Assembly (NCBI GenBank): GCA_964481395.1
Contig: CAYZYG010000014.1
Coordinates: 217-64,216 of the forward strand
Direction: 5' to 3'
Origin: an uncultured Vicinamibacterales bacterium
GTDB lineage: Bacteria; Acidobacteriota; Vicinamibacteria; Vicinamibacterales; JAKQTR01
DNA length: 64,000 nt
Shown here: positions 28,285 to 37,131 of the stretch, one piece after another
Layout of the letters: each line of letters begins with the position of its first letter
Position numbering within the stretch: the first letter of the stretch is position 1
Made by a program: the position numbers and the translations under genes
The notes under the pieces: model-generated
What the model was told of the DNA's origin: nothing
Database searches by the model: none
Seen by the model: only the letters and a program-made list of their open reading frames with translations

Positions 28285-30827
28285 CACTTCGCCGGCACGA
28301 GGCGCAGCCGCGCGGCCACGTTCGCTTCGACCGCCTGCCGCGAAAACAGCATGGGATGATACCGTTCGGCCGCCCACAGTTCGAGCAGATTCCCATAGTA
28401 CGGGCTGCCCGGCTGGCCCGACGCCCCTGGCACGTTGATCATCGTCGAGCGATCCCAATCCGAAACGTCGACGACTTCGCGGAACGAGGCGCCGTGCGTC
28501 TGGCGTCGGCCTCCGCCAGTCGCGAACGGCGTGTTGCCGTCCCCGCCGCGGGGCACGTCCGGGAGGTTCAGCACGGCGCGCAGCGGGTCGGTCGAGGCCA
28601 GGGCGTGTTCCCAGGAGGCCCGGTGTATCCGGCCCCATGCCCACTGGCGCTCGTCGGGTCCCATCAGCTTGACCGCTTCCTGCCAGGCTTCGTCGAGACT
28701 GGACCCGAGGAGCACGTCCTGCACGGCGGCATCCGTGGCGGCGCGAGCGAGTTCATGCAGGAGGCGCGCGGTCGGCATCGACGATCCGACGAACGGCTGA
28801 TCCGCCTTCGGCACGAGCGCGCGGGCCGCCGCCACCGAGAGGCGAGGCACCCACAGCTGATAGAGCGCGGCCGCGGCGGATTCACGCCCCAGGACGTGGT
28901 CCCAGCCAGCCAGCAGATCGGCCGCACGGGCACGCACCGAAGGCCGGCCCTCCGAATCCGGTCCGGAAAGCAGCGGTCGCGCCCGGTGCGCGGCCCGGAG
29001 CGCGTCGCAGATCTCGCGCGCGACGACGGACAGCGCGTCGTGCTGGAGACGCTCCGAGTCCGCCACCGTGAACCGGTGACCGCTCTCGACGCCTGCGGAC
29101 AGCACCTCCACGATCCGGCGATAGCGGTACGGGGCGCTCCACTCGTAGCCCAGCGGTTTGTCGTACCCGGGCGGCAGGATGTTGTGATTGGCGGTCGCGA
29201 TGATCCCGTTCGCCGGATTGAACGCCTGTGGCAGGTCCTCCAACCGGAGGAATCCGGCCCATTCGTACTTGCCCTCGTGGCCTGGAACGGGCAGCAGGCC
29301 CGACCAGCCCGGCCGGATCGGGGCCATCCCCGCCGCCACCCACCCGATGTTGCCGTCGACATCCGCGTAGATGAGGTTCTCGGACGGCACCTGCCACCCG
29401 CGCACCGCCTCCAGGAACTCGGGCCAGCTTCGGGCGGTGTTCAGCGCGAGCGACCGCAGGTAACCGGCGGTCCCGGGCTCCATGCCGACCCATTTGAGGG
29501 CGTAGGCGCGCCGCTTGGCGGCATCCACGTGAAGCACGGGGCCGTGTCGGGTGAAACGCAGTTCGACCGCCCGCGGCCCGGCCTCGCCTCGGACGCGGAT
29601 GAGCTCGCGCTCGACACGCATGGGCTCCGACACGCCTTTGTAGAAACAGTGGTCGGGCTTCACCGGGTCGAGCCGCTCGACGTAGAGATCCTGCTGATCG
29701 ATGCCGACGATGGTGAAGCCGAAGGCCACGCGGTCGTTGTGCCCGGCTGCCACACCGGGCAGCGCGGGCTCGCCCGCGCCAATGACGTTCCAGCCCGGCC
29801 CGACCAGATGGACGCTGTAGCGCAGCGACGGCAGCGCGACGACGCGGTGCGGGTCGTTCGCTAGGATCGGCTTGCCGGTCGCCGTGAGCTTTCCGGAGAT
29901 GACCCAGTTGTTCGATCCGTGCCGCCACGCGTCCTCGGCCCAGTTGTCGAGCGGCGCGGCCGGAGCCAGCGTGTCTGCGGTCGCCGCGCGAATCGAGGCC
30001 GGTGCGCCGGGCGCCTGTGCCGCGAAGCCGAACGCAGGAGCCGCACCGCCGGCCCTGGGAAGGGTCTCGGGAAAGCGGACCGTTTCGCTGGCATCACTGG
30101 CGATGTCCATGATGGCATCCGTGATGTCGTCGAGATCGAGGCCGTCCGGGATCTCGAGGGCGATGGGGGGCTCGACGGGCTGGAACTCCGTCACGCGTCC
30201 GATGCCGACCCGCCGTGCGAATCGCGCGCGTTGGACCTCGCTGCGGGCGTTCCGCGTCATCACGTATCCGGCCATGCGCCCGATCACGACCTCCGGCGTC
30301 CACGGTTCCGGTGTGGCACCGATGAGCTGGAACTCGAGCGGCAGTTTCCCCGGGTTGGCCTTGACGTAGGCGATCTGCGCGTTGATGCCGGCAACGAACG
30401 CCTCCACGATGCGCCGGGCGTCGGGACCGTAGGCAGCCCATTCGGCCTCCATGTCGCCCCGGTAGCGGAGGAGACGTGCGAACGTGTCGCGCCTGACGGC
30501 GGATGGGCCGACCACTTCGGCCAGCTTGCCCTCCGCGTTGCGACGCCACAGATCGAGTTGCCAGAGCCGGTCCTGGGCCGCGACGTATCCCTGGGCGAAG
30601 AACAGGTCGTGGGTGGTCTTCGCGTAAATATGGGGAACGCCCCATCGATCGCGCAGCACGTCGACCTCGTCGTCGAGGCCGGGGATTTCAATGCTGCCCG
30701 AGGTCTGGGCCAGCGCGACGGCGGCGCGCTCCTTCAAGGACGAGATGGCAGAGTCCGGATCGGGCTGGCTTGCGGCCAGCGCGACGGCGACGAGCACGCA
30801 TCCCCCGACACTGAGCACCCGGTTCAT
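28284..30827 (-). CDS. penicillin acylase family protein (Ntn hydrolase, S45)
   Basis: 847 aa. Signal peptide, RDRWGVPHIYA, FAQGYVAAQDRLWQLD, and the beta-subunit N-terminal nucleophile context HGSNNWVISG. Confidence 0.9.
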   Translation of the reverse strand: MNRVLSVGGCVLVAVALAASQPDPDSAISSLKERAAVALAQTSGSIEIPGLDDEVDVLRDRWGVPHIYAKTTHDLFFAQGYVAAQDRLWQLDLWRRNAEGKLAEVVGPSAVRRDTFARLLRYRGDMEAEWAAYGPDARRIVEAFVAGINAQIAYVKANPGKLPLEFQLIGATPEPWTPEVVIGRMAGYVMTRNARSEVQRARFARRVGIGRVTEFQPVEPPIALEIPDGLDLDDITDAIMDIASDASETVRFPETLPRAGGAAPAFGFAAQAPGAPASIRAATADTLAPAAPLDNWAEDAWRHGSNNWVISGKLTATGKPILANDPHRVVALPSLRYSVHLVGPGWNVIGAGEPALPGVAAGHNDRVAFGFTIVGIDQQDLYVERLDPVKPDHCFYKGVSEPMRVERELIRVRGEAGPRAVELRFTRHGPVLHVDAAKRRAYALKWVGMEPGTAGYLRSLALNTARSWPEFLEAVRGWQVPSENLIYADVDGNIGWVAAGMAPIRPGWSGLLPVPGHEGKYEWAGFLRLEDLPQAFNPANGIIATANHNILPPGYDKPLGYEWSAPYRYRRIVEVLSAGVESGHRFTVADSERLQHDALSVVAREICDALRAAHRARPLLSGPDSEGRPSVRARAADLLAGWDHVLGRESAAAALYQLWVPRLSVAAARALVPKADQPFVGSSMPTARLLHELARAATDAAVQDVLLGSSLDEAWQEAVKLMGPDERQWAWGRIHRASWEHALASTDPLRAVLNLPDVPRGGDGNTPFATGGGRRQTHGASFREVVDVSDWDRSTMINVPGASGQPGSPYYGNLLELWAAERYHPMLFSRQAVEANVAARLRLVPAK

Positions 30828-30892
30828 AGGCCCTCCGTGACGGGATCCTATCAGCCTCCGCGCGTGCCGTGCGGTTCAGGTGGATTCGCTCA

Positions 30893-31300
30893 GCGCACGG
30901 CGGGCGGCCTGGGCATTCCGGAGCAGCACCAAGTCCGTCAGGCGGCGGCGTAAGATTCCCGCAGCAAACCGCTCGACCCGCCTCCGCCGGCCCGGCTTCG
31001 GCGCAGCACGCACGGCGGGCGACCGGGGCATTCCGTGGCAGCACCCGGCGTGTCGGGCAGCGGCGCAAGACTCCCTTCGCAAACCGCTCGACACGGCGGC
31101 AAAACCAGCCTCCGGCCCGTTGCGGGCCGCTGGCCGCCGGCTGCCGCGTCGCGGCCGCGCGCGGGCGCGGCTGCTCCGCGGACCACTGCGCCGGCTGACC
31201 CCCTCGTTCTCCGGCTGGTTTTGCAGACTGCCGCCGTCGCCGTGCTCGCCATGGTTTGCTCCGGGAGTCTTGCGCCGCCGCTTGACACGGGTCGTGTCGG
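30893..31300. repeat. non-coding block with three copies (two direct, one inverted) of a roughly 95-nt element
   Basis: Copy 1 is about 30893-30990 and copy 2 about 31005-31100. They share gcacggcgggcg..ggggcattccg..gcagcacc...ggcggcg.aaga.tccc..gcaaaccgctcgac. The inverted copy at about 31215-31300 reads ggtttgctccgggagtcttgcgccgccgcttgacacg. Confidence 0.75.
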
Positions 31301-31328
31301 CCGCCAGCCGGCTGTCTCTGCCCGAGCC

Positions 31329-31751
31329 TCACCGCCCGACCGGCGTCAGCTCCACGCTCGTCACGAACTCGATGTCCTGTCTCATCGACTGCCAGACCGA
31401 ACAGTATTTCTCGCGCGAGAGATCGATGGCCCGTTCCACGGCGTCGATCGGGGCCGACGATGTCAGCGTGAACCGCAGGTCGATGCGGGTGAACCGCTTG
31501 GGATCCGTCTCGGCGCGCTGGCCCGTGAATTCCGCCTCGAGCGCGGCGACCTTGTGCCGCCCGCGCGTGAGGATGTGCACGAGATCGATGCCCATGCAGC
31601 CCGCCAGCGCGGAGGCCATCACCACCACGGGGCCCGGACCCGCCTCGTTCCTCCCGTCGAGCGTCCACGTCACCGTCTTGCTCGAGGCGGTGAACCTGAG
31701 CCCCTCTTCCCACTTCAGCGCGATGACTGTCGCCGGCTTCACGTCACTCAT
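31329..31751 (-). CDS. OsmC family peroxiredoxin-like protein
   Basis: Start MSDVKPATVIALKW. Two conserved Cys lie in LAGCMGID and EKYCSVW. Confidence 0.8.
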   Translation of the reverse strand: MSDVKPATVIALKWEEGLRFTASSKTVTWTLDGRNEAGPGPVVVMASALAGCMGIDLVHILTRGRHKVAALEAEFTGQRAETDPKRFTRIDLRFTLTSSAPIDAVERAIDLSREKYCSVWQSMRQDIEFVTSVELTPVGR

Positions 31752-31856
31752 GAAGGCACCTCGCAGGGGCCGACCGTCGCCGCCCGCAGGGGCCGGCCGT
31801 CCCGAAGAATACGGGCCGATTGTAGCCACACCTCACCAGCTTCGCCAGTGGGCTGC

Positions 31857-31948
31857 CCCTGATCCCTGATCCCTGCCCCCCGCTTTTCCCTGTCGCCTGT
31901 CGCCTGTCGCCTGTCGCCTGTTCTTCCCTGTCGCCTGTCGCCTGTCGC
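31857..31948 (-). repeat. heptamer arrays, GGGATCA-type (3 units) + GCGACAG-type (7 units)
   Basis: ccctgat ccctgat ccctgcc, then ctgtcgc x4, ctgttct, ctgtcgc x3, abutting the TonB receptor stop at 31949-31951. Confidence 0.9.
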
Positions 31949-34177
31949 CTAGAACTTGATCCCGTAAACCACCTTGAACGTCCTGCCCATTTCCGGCACG
32001 ACATCCTTCACGTACGAGAGGTGGTTCCGGTACAGCTCGTTCGTCAGGTTGTCGACGCGCGCCGTGATGGTGGAGACCGCGCCGCCGGTCATGAACGAGT
32101 ACGACGCGAACAGCTTGGCGATCGTGTAGCCGTCCGTCGGCGTCTCGATGCCGAACACCCGGTCCTGCGTGGCCGTGCCCGTCACCTCGACGCCGGCGTT
32201 CAGGGCGTTGTACTGATAGCGCAGGCTCCCGCGGACGCGGACGGGCGGGATTCGCGGCAGCGGGTCTCCCGTGTCCTTCAGCGTGCCGCGGACGTAGTCG
32301 AAGCCGAAGTCGGCGAACCACCGGCTCGCGATCTGGATGTCCGCGTGGATCTCGACGCCCTGGAGGATGCTGTCGCGCGCCACGTACTCGATGACCTGGA
32401 GGTCCTCGTGGTGGTGCCCTTCGTGCTCCTCTTCCTCCTCGTGCGGGAGTCCCTCGATCGGGTTCCGGAAGATGTAGTCGCCAATGCTGTTGCGGAAGTA
32501 CGTCACCTCGGCGGAGAGCCTGGGCGACCGCCAACGGAACGAGGCGTCGAAGCCGAGCGCGTGCTCGGAATCGAGGTTCGGGTTGCCGATCTCGAAGGCG
32601 AAGTTCCCCGGGTGCGGCCCGTTGAAGTACAGCTCTTCGAGGGCCGGATGCCGCGCGGCGCGTGCGAGACTGATGGCGTACGACGTCCGGTGGTCCAGGA
32701 GAGGCGGATTGATGACCAGCCCCGCCGACCACGACGCGTCGGTGAAGTCGCGGGCGGGCAACTCGCCGCCCTGGGGCGAGAACGACGTGTGGTCCAGGCG
32801 TCCGCCGAGCTGCAGGGTCACGTGATGCCAGGCGATCTCCTCGTAAAGGAACGCGGCGAACCCGGTTTGTCCAACCGGCGGCGACAGGGCTTCGTCGCCG
32901 GTCGCCGAGAAGTCCCGGTTCGAGATCCAGGCCCCCATCGATCCCGACAGCCGCCCCGTCCGGCGGTGGTTGGCGCGGAACTCGAAATCGTCCGTGTTGT
33001 TGCGGAAGGCCGTGTGAATGTCGCCGGCCACCACCTCTTCGTGGCGATAGCGACGCCCGGCGTAGGTGCCGCGCACCGACGAGATGAAGCCGGACAGGTC
33101 GTGGGCTTCACCGCGCAGCGACACCATGTGGCGCCGCGGCGTCAGTTCGACCAGCCCTTCTTCGACGAACGGGATGCCGTAGCGGGAGTCCTCGTAGCCG
33201 TAGCTGCCGCCGAAGTACCCTTTCGTTCCCGTCCAGGAGAGGCCGAGCGACGTGAAGCCGTTCCGCGACTGCGTGTTGTCGATCGTGCCTTCCGGCGTCT
33301 CGTAGTCGCCCGAACGCGACCCCCCACCGCCGGCGCGCAGCGCCCACGAGCCGTTGCCCCACTGGACGTCACCGGCGCCCGTGGCCAGGCCGCCATTCGA
33401 TCCGAGATCGACCGTGAAGGCTCCCGCCACTCCCGTGAGCGACTGGCTGGGCACGCTGTCGGCGATGACGTTGACGAGGCCGCCGAGCGCGTTCGATCCG
33501 TACAGCAGCATCGCCGGTCCGCGCACGACCTCGATCTTCGTCGCGGCCGCAGGGTTGATCGTGATGCCATGATCGCCCGACTGACTCGACAGGTCGCCGG
33601 TCCGCTGGCCGTCTTCGAGAATCAGGACCCGGTCACCGTCGAGGCCGCGGATGATCGGACGAGCCGGCGCGTTGCCGAACGATCGCACGGCCATGCCGGG
33701 CTGCGACTCGACCGTCGCCGCCAGCGTGGTCGCGATCTCCCGCGCCAGGTCCTGGCCCGCCAGCACCGAGACCGGCTGGTACGAATTGAACATGTCCCGC
33801 GGCTCGGCGCTGACCGACACGACCTCGGTGTAGTGCAATTCGGGATCGACCGGGACATCGATCGTCGTCTCCGGCGCCTTCACGTCGTATTCGTGGTGCT
33901 TGCCGCTGAAACCCGGGGCTTCGACCACGAGGTGGTACCGGCCGGGCTTGACGCCTTCGATGAGAAACGTCCCGTCAGCGGCTGATATCGCGTGCTGGTG
34001 CGTTTCCTCGAGCATGACCTTGGCCTGGCCGACGGGCTCGCCGGTCAGCGAGTGCAGCAGACGCCCCTTGAGCACCGCATCCGCAGCCTCGGCCGGCGCG
34101 GCGGCGAGCGCGAGCGCCGTGACGACCCCAGCCAGCGCCCGGAATCGCAAGAGCACCTTCACCGTGTGAACATCCAT
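31949..34177 (-). CDS. TonB-dependent receptor with N-terminal CarboxypepD_reg domain and a His/Glu-rich loop
   Basis: Start MDVHTVKVLLRFRALAGVVTALALAAAPAEA. Plug motifs IIRGLDGDRVLILEDG and VEVVRGPAMLLYGSNALGGLVNV. Loop PHEEEEEHEGHHHEDL. C-terminal F. Confidence 0.88.
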   Translation of the reverse strand: MDVHTVKVLLRFRALAGVVTALALAAAPAEAADAVLKGRLLHSLTGEPVGQAKVMLEETHQHAISAADGTFLIEGVKPGRYHLVVEAPGFSGKHHEYDVKAPETTIDVPVDPELHYTEVVSVSAEPRDMFNSYQPVSVLAGQDLAREIATTLAATVESQPGMAVRSFGNAPARPIIRGLDGDRVLILEDGQRTGDLSSQSGDHGITINPAAATKIEVVRGPAMLLYGSNALGGLVNVIADSVPSQSLTGVAGAFTVDLGSNGGLATGAGDVQWGNGSWALRAGGGGSRSGDYETPEGTIDNTQSRNGFTSLGLSWTGTKGYFGGSYGYEDSRYGIPFVEEGLVELTPRRHMVSLRGEAHDLSGFISSVRGTYAGRRYRHEEVVAGDIHTAFRNNTDDFEFRANHRRTGRLSGSMGAWISNRDFSATGDEALSPPVGQTGFAAFLYEEIAWHHVTLQLGGRLDHTSFSPQGGELPARDFTDASWSAGLVINPPLLDHRTSYAISLARAARHPALEELYFNGPHPGNFAFEIGNPNLDSEHALGFDASFRWRSPRLSAEVTYFRNSIGDYIFRNPIEGLPHEEEEEHEGHHHEDLQVIEYVARDSILQGVEIHADIQIASRWFADFGFDYVRGTLKDTGDPLPRIPPVRVRGSLRYQYNALNAGVEVTGTATQDRVFGIETPTDGYTIAKLFASYSFMTGGAVSTITARVDNLTNELYRNHLSYVKDVVPEMGRTFKVVYGIKF

Positions 34178-34348
34178 GACTGCCTCCACCGGAGCCGTCT
34201 GCCCCGGCCGTCGCGATCCATGCGAGCCGTCGGGCACGCACGCGCGATAGACGTGGCCTGGCCGGCTGGAACCGGTCGGCCGTCGCCCGGCGGGATCGCC
34301 CCCCGCCTCGTTACCATTAATCAATCAGAACGCGGTCTGCGGCGAACG

Positions 34349-34708
34349 TCAGGACAGGGGCGGGGCCCGTGAAGCGAGGTGGAGCGTTGCGCAGGCGGCA
34401 GGACTCGCGTGGAGGGTGCGGGGGAGGTCGGCCGACGCGGCGTCGCCGAGCGGGACGCAGGCTGCCCAGGCGAAGGCCGTACGGAGCGACTGGAACCAGT
34501 GGCACGTGAAGCAGTGCCCGTGGGATTCCGCGTCGGGAGCGGCCGACAGATGGCGCCCATCGGCGTCGGGGGCAGCCGCGGACACCCGTGCGCCTGCATC
34601 GTCGTGCTGCATGGCGCCAGGGTGCGCCAGGCCCACGGGCGTGGCGAGGAACCCCGCCACGAGCCCGAGCGCCACGCCCGCCCGCACGAACTGGATCCAT
34701 CTGTGCAT
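34349..34708 (-). CDS. small secreted His/Cys protein upstream of the TonB-dependent receptor
   Basis: Start MHRWIQFVRAGVALGLVAGFLATPVGLAHPG (signal-like). Contains HGHCFTCHW. It is co-oriented with, and 171 bp upstream of, the receptor. Confidence 0.5.
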   Translation of the reverse strand: MHRWIQFVRAGVALGLVAGFLATPVGLAHPGAMQHDDAGARVSAAAPDADGRHLSAAPDAESHGHCFTCHWFQSLRTAFAWAACVPLGDAASADLPRTLHASPAACATLHLASRAPPLS

Positions 34709-34827
34709 GAGAGCCAATCCCACCATAACGGGCTCAGCCGACACCCGTCAAGATTTGGACGCAGGCTGGATCGCCACGGATCCAGGGCGCGCGCGATGCG
34801 GGACAGACGGGCACGTCACTTGCTACG

Positions 34828-35760
34828 ATGGACCTCATGCAACGCAGATTGTCCACCTTTGCGGCCATCGCCCTGCTGGCGGCCCTGTTCTCGCCTGCCC
34901 TGATGGGCCGGAATCGCCCGTTCGACGACCAACAGCAGCCGGGAGCGATCTTCCGATCGGGCACCCGGATCGTTCCCATCTACGCCACGGTGACCGACGC
35001 GCAGGACCGCCTCGTCCCCGACCTGGCCCGCGAGGACTTCGAGGTGTTCGACAACGGCGTGCGCCAGGATCTCGTCGTCTTCGAGAATCAGATCCAGCCC
35101 ATCACCGCCGTCGTCATGCTCGACACGAGTGCCAGCATGACGGAGTCGCTGAAGCTCGTACGCGACGGCGCCGAGCAGTTCCTGATCCGGCTGCTGCCGC
35201 ACGACCGCGCGATGGTCGGCGCGTTCAACGACAAGATCGAGTTCAGCGGCATCTTCACGGCGGATCGCGACGAACTCATCGCGGCCCTGAAGGAGCTCGA
35301 TTTCGGGTACCCGACGCGCCTCAACGACGCGATCGATCAGTCCCTGAACCAGCTCGCGGGCATCGAGGGGCGGCGGGTGATTCTGCTCCTCACGGACGGC
35401 GAAGATACCGCCAGCAAGGTTGGCCAGGGCGACGTGCTCGAGCGGGCCCAGGCCGACGAGGTGATGATCTACGGGATCGGCCTCGAGTCGGTCTACTTCG
35501 ACGGGATCCGCCAGGTACGGACCAGGCCCGACCGCGTTCTGCGCAGGCTCGCCGACGAAACGGGCGGGGGGTACTTCGCGCTCACGGGCACCAAGGATCT
35601 CGGGGCGTCGTTCACGCGCATCGCCCAGGAGCTGCGGAGTCAGTACGTGCTGGGCTTCGCTCCGGCCTCGCTGGACGGCAAGGTCCACAAGCTGGCCGTG
35701 AACGTGAAGAAGCCGGGCATGAAGGTCAGGGCACGGAAGACGTACGTGGCGGCGCAGTAG
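34828..35760 (+). CDS. VWA-domain protein, VWFA-related Acidobacterial type
   Basis: Signal peptide, FRSGTRIVPIYATVTDAQDRLVPDL..DFEVFDNG, MIDAS-like DTSASM, and LLTDGEDT. Confidence 0.85.
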   Translation: MDLMQRRLSTFAAIALLAALFSPALMGRNRPFDDQQQPGAIFRSGTRIVPIYATVTDAQDRLVPDLAREDFEVFDNGVRQDLVVFENQIQPITAVVMLDTSASMTESLKLVRDGAEQFLIRLLPHDRAMVGAFNDKIEFSGIFTADRDELIAALKELDFGYPTRLNDAIDQSLNQLAGIEGRRVILLLTDGEDTASKVGQGDVLERAQADEVMIYGIGLESVYFDGIRQVRTRPDRVLRRLADETGGGYFALTGTKDLGASFTRIAQELRSQYVLGFAPASLDGKVHKLAVNVKKPGMKVRARKTYVAAQ

Positions 35761-35820
35761 CGCCCGGCTGCACCACCCGCCGCCATGTTGCCGGGAACGG
35801 GTCGCCTCAACGCGGCGATT

Positions 35821-35907
35821 CTATGAGACAGCTGCGGCGGCCACCGACAGCACCAGCAGGACGGCGACGATCCATTCGGCATTCCGCGAGAAATTCCACT
35901 CCAACAT
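35821..35907 (-). CDS. candidate 28-aa single-TM small protein
   Basis: Not in the ORF track. The complement encodes MLEWNFSRNAEWIVAVLLVLSVAAAAVS. A GGGGGTG Shine-Dalgarno-like run sits 5 nt upstream of the ATG. Third-codon positions are mostly G/C, as in real genes here. Confidence 0.35.
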   Translation of the reverse strand: MLEWNFSRNAEWIVAVLLVLSVAAAAVS

Positions 35908-35924
35908 TTCACACCCCCGAAGAA

Positions 35925-35951
35925 CTGGGGCCGGGGACCGGGGACCGGGGA
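35925..35951 (+). repeat. heptamer array, GGGGACC-type, four G4 runs
   Basis: ggggcc ggggacc ggggacc ggggacc. Confidence 0.9.
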
Positions 35952-36124
35952 CCAGTTCGGCCCACGATCGATCCGATCAGCGCCGGCTGACGGGCAGAGC
36001 TCACGCAGGAAGGCGGACCACCCACCCTCCGGGAGAAGCACCGCGCCCGGTGGCGCGGCGTCTCTGTTGTCTGCTACTGCTATAGACGGATCTGGGAGCG
36101 TTCTGGTTTAGCGCCTCGCCCCGC

Positions 36125-36676
36125 TTACTGACTCGCGTGGGGATTGTCGATTACCAGGTCGGGGCGCTGCCGGCGGAACGTCTCCGCGATGTGGCAGTCC
36201 CAGCACACGGGCGTGTGCGAGGCGAAGACCTCGTAGAGCGCCTCGGGCTTCACATCGGCCCAGACGAGCGTCACCCCGTCTGGTCCCATCAGCGCGGGCT
36301 TGTGCTGGCCCCACTCCACATGGTTGAGAGGCTTGCCGCAAAGCGCGCACGACTTGTCGGCGTACCAGCGCGCCACCTGCGTTCTGACGAGGCAATCCAG
36401 GGGCTGGGCCTCGATCTGCGTGAGGCACTCCTGCCCGCACCCCGCTTTCTCCGGCCAGCGCGTGCAGGACTCGAGGCGCAGGTGTTCGTGTCCGGCGGCG
36501 GTGGTCCGCGCCGCGTGACCGGCGTCTACGCGCACCGCGACGGTCTCGCCGTTGTCTGGACAGGCGACCACCCGGTCTCCCCGCATCCTGACGTATTCGC
36601 GTATCGGTTTGCGCAGCACGAAGTACAGGGCCGCCACGACCGCGAGGGCTCCGATGACGTACATGGCAGCGTTCAC
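36125..36676 (-). CDS. membrane-anchored Cys-rich hypothetical protein
   Basis: 183 aa with an N-terminal TM helix MYVIGALAVVAALYFVL and ten Cys, including CALCGKP and CWDCH pairs. Confidence 0.6.
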   Translation of the reverse strand: MNAAMYVIGALAVVAALYFVLRKPIREYVRMRGDRVVACPDNGETVAVRVDAGHAARTTAAGHEHLRLESCTRWPEKAGCGQECLTQIEAQPLDCLVRTQVARWYADKSCALCGKPLNHVEWGQHKPALMGPDGVTLVWADVKPEALYEVFASHTPVCWDCHIAETFRRQRPDLVIDNPHASQ

Positions 36677-36742
36677 GGGCTCATCCTCCAGCGCTCTCGC
36701 TTATCTTAATCCCCTCCGTCGGCTTCTGCTATCATCCAGCCG

Positions 36743-37066
36743 ATGATCGAGGCGCTCTCGGATCAGGATTTCCGGGTCAGGGCCGACGCGGCGCTGGAGG
36801 CCGTGCAGCGGTCCCTCATGCCGATCGCCGACGCTGAAGGTTTTGACGTCGAGTTCGAGAACGGCGTGCTGGACATCCGTTTCGAAGACCCCTCCCCGGT
36901 CCGATTCGTGGTGAGTCCGAACGCCCCCGTGCGGCAGGTGTGGGTCTCGGCGCTGGGCCGGGGATACAAGCTGTCCTGGTTGGCGGAATCCGGAGTCTTC
37001 GCGCTGGACGGCGAGCCGCTCGCGTCACTCGTCGAACGCCTCGTGCATCAGCACCTGGGACACTGA
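36743..37066 (+). CDS. cyaY: frataxin-like iron donor CyaY
   Basis: 107 aa. Acidic N-terminal helix, then DVEFENGVLDIRF...VVSPNAPVRQVWVS...GYKLSW, typical of CyaY/frataxin. Confidence 0.8.
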   Translation: MIEALSDQDFRVRADAALEAVQRSLMPIADAEGFDVEFENGVLDIRFEDPSPVRFVVSPNAPVRQVWVSALGRGYKLSWLAESGVFALDGEPLASLVERLVHQHLGH

Positions 37067-37131
37067 TCCGGCCGGCCGGGAGCATCGGCGGACGGGAACC
37101 AAGGCGTCGTGACAGCCCTCGTGGAGGCAGC

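Noticed and set aside
27819-33985. Long ORFs 27819..29864 (681 aa), 28882..29928, 30688..31713, 30880..31869 and 32021..33985 (654 aa)
   Set aside because: They are antisense or out of frame relative to the penicillin acylase, OsmC and TonB-receptor genes, or they run through the non-coding repeat block at 30893-31300. They are low-complexity Arg/Pro-rich translations.
34416-35990. 524-aa plus-strand ORF overlapping the VWA gene
   Set aside because: It is in a different frame from the 34828..35760 ORF, which has clear VWA/MIDAS motifs. The translation is Arg/Pro/Gly-rich.
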